Positions 36,556 through 40,000 of a stretch of 40,000 nucleotides of DNA are shown in pieces. The translations under genes and the position numbers were made by a program. The notes below the pieces were generated by a model. That model did not search any database. It was not told the origin of the DNA and saw only the letters and a program-made list of their open reading frames with translations. The stretch lies in NCBI RefSeq assembly GCF_061322215.1, contig NZ_CM196105.1. One strand, given 5' to 3'. Each line of letters opens with the position of its first letter. Position 1 is the stretch's first letter.

Positions 36556-37345
36556 GGTAAGACAGGGTTAAACAGCCTGCCACTTCATGTTGGTTATAGT
36601 TTTTATTGCATGCCATAACAATCATCCCTGGTGAGGATTTTGCAAGAGGGAAGTATAACCACGGATATTTTTTACAGTTAATCCCCGAATCCAGTATCCG
36701 TGTCTTATATTTATCGAACTCTTTCAACCCATCAATTGTATCTTCTGTCACATTAAAATGGCAGCCATTAATTTCCGCAACAGTCTTGTAATCCTTGAAG
36801 AATGGCTTCGGTTGATTATTATTCCATAGCCAATGTGCAGAATATACGCCTATAGCAAATATGCTCAACATAATTAGATAACTTTTTATATGTTTGAGGA
36901 TTTTGTTATTGAAATTGTTTGCGCCACCAATGCTCTCTTTGTACCCCGCATTACCTTTTACGGCAGGTGGGGCATTGTGTGTATGTGCGTCTGTTGAAGA
37001 GTTTATTGCATGATTTTGTATGTTAATGTCATTATGAATCTTGAATCCTCTTCTCGGCACGGTTGCAATAAGCGAGTGGGTGGTATCACCAACAGCGCGA
37101 AATCCGCGTCTGATAATGGATATGTTCTGATATAACGTGTTAGTTGGCACACGCATACCTTCTTCTTCCCAGACTCTGGTGAAAAAATCTTGTTGTGCAA
37201 CCACATCAGGAAAAGCTTCAAGTAGAAGTGATAAACAACGACTGGCTGGCGTTGTCAGAACGACGTTAAGATCGGCGTTATGTACCGATATTAATTTTCG
37301 GTGCTCAGGCCAGAACTCGATATTATCGTTAATAATCCAGTACAT
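36536..37345 (-). CDS. yqeI: ToxR/CadC/MarT-like membrane-bound transcriptional regulator
   Basis: 269 aa with an N-terminal winged-helix domain (...VPTNTLYQNISIIRRGF...VPRRGFKIH), a central TM (YLIMLSIFAIGVYSAHWLW) and a periplasmic domain with 4 Cys. Confidence 0.85.
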   Translation of the reverse strand: MYWIINDNIEFWPEHRKLISVHNADLNVVLTTPASRCLSLLLEAFPDVVAQQDFFTRVWEEEGMRVPTNTLYQNISIIRRGFRAVGDTTHSLIATVPRRGFKIHNDINIQNHAINSSTDAHTHNAPPAVKGNAGYKESIGGANNFNNKILKHIKSYLIMLSIFAIGVYSAHWLWNNNQPKPFFKDYKTVAEINGCHFNVTEDTIDGLKEFDKYKTRILDSGINCKKYPWLYFPLAKSSPGMIVMACNKNYNQHEVAGCLTLSYREANRD

Positions 37346-37678
37346 ACGTCAATAGACACTAAATCAATCGAAATGGAAATCACATAGTTTGCTAAGTATA
37401 TTGGTATTTACGACATAAATATATATTAATTTTATATTTATCATAATGATTGAAATGACGCTTTAATGTCGCAACGTAAAACTTTACGTAAATTAACATG
37501 ATTAACATTTATGCCACTATTGTTTGTAAATTCATATTTCGTAATGCTTCTGAATTTTTCGTATGATGGTTTTAAATACCATGTTATTTACTCTTGGGGT
37601 TACTGCTTATTTGTAAAATACGGGCATTTCAATAGATGCCCGTATAAGCAGAGTATGATTCTGGCAGATTGTTGAGTA

Positions 37679-38311
37679 TCAATGTTGGACCGAATGTGAA
37701 CGAATAAATAACTCGTTGATTTTACCACCCATTCTCTTTTCGATTCGTTGCTTGTACGCGTAGATGCTACGGATATCCATATCCAGAACTTCAGCAATCT
37801 GATATGGATTATAACCAGAAACCATATATCCCATTATGGTGAATTCCATCTGAGTTAATGTGTTCCCTCTGGTAAATGATAAATAACGACCAATAAATAG
37901 TTGTCTGATCTTTTCATTGGCAACATCAAGACCATCATCATTATATATGACAGCAGATATTGCAGAGTTGTGTTTTCGCCAGTAGTTAGCTAACGATTGC
38001 ATATTTCGGTCGCTGACTAAAACAATCCCCATGTCAGTACTTGCAAGATAGTCAATCCAGTCTTTTTCAAGGAATAGACGTAAAAAGCTTACTGAAAAAT
38101 CGACAAAAATATATCCGCTTAATCTCGCATTGTGGTTTTTTGTTAAGATACCTTCCACCACACCACGATTAAAATATGAACTTTCTTCGGGCCACATACA
38201 AAAACACGAGTTTGCGCAATACTGCAAACGCGGTGACTCTTCTGGCATTATTTGGCAATGCATTGAGCAACTATTGCATGTAAGACTTTTATAACGACTA
38301 CAAAGCCCCAT
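37679..38311 (-). CDS. yqeH: LuxR-type HTH regulator with a Cys-rich N-terminus (EcpR/MatA-like by my recollection)
   Basis: ATG at 38311, 8 nt after GGGAGG, gives 210 aa; the track ORF extends to a TTG at 38371. C-terminal HTH (LTQMEFTIMGYMVSGYNPYQIAEVLDMDIRSIYAYKQRIEKRM). Confidence 0.8.
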   Translation of the reverse strand: MGLCSRYKSLTCNSCSMHCQIMPEESPRLQYCANSCFCMWPEESSYFNRGVVEGILTKNHNARLSGYIFVDFSVSFLRLFLEKDWIDYLASTDMGIVLVSDRNMQSLANYWRKHNSAISAVIYNDDGLDVANEKIRQLFIGRYLSFTRGNTLTQMEFTIMGYMVSGYNPYQIAEVLDMDIRSIYAYKQRIEKRMGGKINELFIRSHSVQH

Positions 38312-38725
38312 GTTAAGAACCTCCCTATCCGTATATAATTGCATAATTTCATTGGTTATTGATGATGTCAATACACCATGATTTTGTAATTTTGCCGGGA
38401 AAAATTGCGATTAATCTGTATTTGCTATAATTCTGAGTAAGGCATTTAAAAATGCATTTCTCGTTATCAAATATGATTATGTTTCACTGATTTAATCTTG
38501 CATGGTTGAGAGCGGTCCAGATAACTATCTCATGGTATAAGAATATCTATATCGCAAATTGTTTTTGAATGACCAGAAGATATCTTGCGAATCTAAGTTA
38601 TGCATCTTAAATAGTCTTATTTAAGATGTTCAGATCTCTTTGTTTGTTTAACTAACTGATAATACTAGGATATGACGAGAGAAGTGATAGAGCGGAATAA
38701 TAACAAATGAACATTATGAAAACTG

Positions 38726-38760
38726 GAATGGTTCAAAATTTTTGCAATTTTGAACCATTC
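38726..38760 (-). terminator. Terminator after yqeG
   Basis: Perfect 14-bp stem GAATGGTTCAAAAT / ATTTTGAACCATTC with a 7-nt loop, 10 nt after the stop. Followed by CAGTTTTCAT on the minus strand. Confidence 0.65.
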
Positions 38761-38770
38761 ACAACGGATA

Positions 38771-40000
38771 TTAGCTAAAGAACATTACCGATACGCACAG
38801 GATACCCACGATCAGCGTAATCAGATTTCCGATGGAACGCCAGGGTTTAAGCGCCGGGATGAGATATGTTGACAGCGTAGGCATGATGAAAAGTATCATG
38901 GCAATGAGCGGGCCGCTGATCGCGTAAATCATCGAAATCGCGTTCGGGTTAATGCAACAAACAATGAAGGTAATGAGCGATACCAACATAATTGATAGTG
39001 CGCGGTTAAATGCACGACTTTTCTTTACACCAACCTGCTGTAGTGTTGTTTTGACGACCTCCGTGGCACCTTCAATAACGCCAAAGTACGTACCCAGGAA
39101 TGATTTCGACATCGCAACTACTGCGACAATAATCCCGGAAATTGACAACCATGCTGGGGCGTTCGGCAGCATAGAAAGCGCCGATAAAATGGTAACCCCT
39201 TCTTCTTTAGCCGCTTCAATATACGAAGGTGGAATAGAAAGCAGGCAGCTAAAGACAAAGAACAGTACACTTATGCAGATGATGAGATAAGCGACTTTCA
39301 TAATTTTTTTGCATTTATCCATAGCATGTTCGCCATATTTTTCACGTCTGTCTATGGCAAACGTAGAAATAATGGGCGTATGGCTAAAGGCGAAAACCAT
39401 CACGGGAATCGATATCCATATCTGGTGAAGGGTATTCTGATTGAACTCTACCTGGGTTGTTAATAGATCAGGTTGCCAACTACCGACCAGGTAAATAGAA
39501 AGAAATAAGAAATAGGCAATCAATGGGAATACCAAAAATCCCATTACCCGAATAGTGGCATGGCGTCCCATCAGAAAAATGAGATTCAGGATTAATACAA
39601 CACCCAGACTCACTAGCATACGGATGCGAAGATCAATAACCATATGCTTTGCCAGCTGTTCTGTAAGTGAGTTGGTAATTGCCACTGCATATATCAACAC
39701 GACGACAAAAAAGGCGATGAAGTACAGCGTGGTAATCAGATTACCAATCTTCTTGCCATAGTAGTGTGTTACTGCGCCCGTTATCCCTTCACCTGCTGAT
39801 GTTTTTGATGAGAGGATGAACTGGCATAAGGCTTTATGTGGCCAATATGTTAAAGGCCAGGCGACCAGAGCAGTAATAAACAGGACCACAGCCCCTGCCG
39901 AACCTAACTGAATAGGAAGGAAGAGCGTGCCTGCACCAACGGCTGTGCCGTAGAGCGCGAAACTCCACAGAGTTTCTTCTTTTGACCAAATATTAGACAT
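38771..40000 (-). CDS. yqeG: Polytopic amino-acid (serine/threonine-type, HAAAP family) transporter homologue
   Basis: 409-aa ORF with about 11 hydrophobic segments. Its ATG is the last three bases of the window (complement of 39998-40000). G+C is closer to the core than to the island. Confidence 0.85.
   Translation of the reverse strand: MSNIWSKEETLWSFALYGTAVGAGTLFLPIQLGSAGAVVLFITALVAWPLTYWPHKALCQFILSSKTSAGEGITGAVTHYYGKKIGNLITTLYFIAFFVVVLIYAVAITNSLTEQLAKHMVIDLRIRMLVSLGVVLILNLIFLMGRHATIRVMGFLVFPLIAYFLFLSIYLVGSWQPDLLTTQVEFNQNTLHQIWISIPVMVFAFSHTPIISTFAIDRREKYGEHAMDKCKKIMKVAYLIICISVLFFVFSCLLSIPPSYIEAAKEEGVTILSALSMLPNAPAWLSISGIIVAVVAMSKSFLGTYFGVIEGATEVVKTTLQQVGVKKSRAFNRALSIMLVSLITFIVCCINPNAISMIYAISGPLIAMILFIMPTLSTYLIPALKPWRSIGNLITLIVGILCVSVMFFS

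Larger units (their letters stand above)
10913..38770. mobile_element. AT-rich genomic island = ETT2 (E. coli type III secretion system 2), inserted next to glyU
   Basis: G+C drops visibly right after the tRNA and recovers at yqeG (not computed). Gene content and order match the SPI-1-like ETT2 cluster. No integrase or flanking direct repeat was seen. Confidence 0.85.

Noticed and set aside
1-40000. CRISPR arrays, IS elements or transposases, integrases, rRNA, prophage genes, toxin-antitoxin or known defence-system signatures
   Set aside because: I looked for regularly spaced repeats, terminal inverted repeats and DDE or tyrosine-recombinase-like ORFs and saw none. Every large ORF is accounted for by the core genes or the ETT2 gene set.

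Overview
Escherichia coli-type chromosome, identified by eye from protein motifs and synteny; no searches were run. Bases 1-10912 are G+C-balanced core: 3'-truncated ygeY, dpaL (ygeX), ygeW, the sigma54 activator ygeV, xdhCBA, ygeR and tRNA-Gly(CCC) glyU. A visibly AT-rich island of about 28 kb begins directly after glyU and ends between yqeH and yqeG (about 10913-38770). Its content and order match ETT2, the SPI-1/Inv-Mxi-Spa-family type III secretion system 2. The genes are ygeQ (GH15-like), eivFGEACIJ-epaOPQRS, etrA plus a lipoprotein gene, eprHIJK-ygeO(orgA-like)-ygeN(orgB-like), ygeK, pbl, ygeI, ygeH (hilA-like), ygeG (sicA-like), ygeF, yqeK, yqeJ, yqeI and yqeH. yqeG (complete, 38771-40000) forms the right flank. 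Every conserved apparatus gene reads as one uninterrupted, translationally coupled ORF, whereas ETT2 is known to be decayed in most strains. No tip, translocon, InvB-type chaperone or clear effector gene is present in cis. The observations I rate highest are: a 26-nt poly(T/A) tract upstream of ygeG; an internal SD+ATG in epaO; an etrA-lipoprotein operon (possible pilotin); a pseudo-receiver in YgeK; a ToxRS-like YqeI/YqeJ pair; a Cys-rich N-terminus in YqeH; unlisted small membrane ORFs; and two candidate sigma54 promoters with TGATA-type repeats flanking ygeV. No CRISPR array, IS element, integrase or rRNA was seen.
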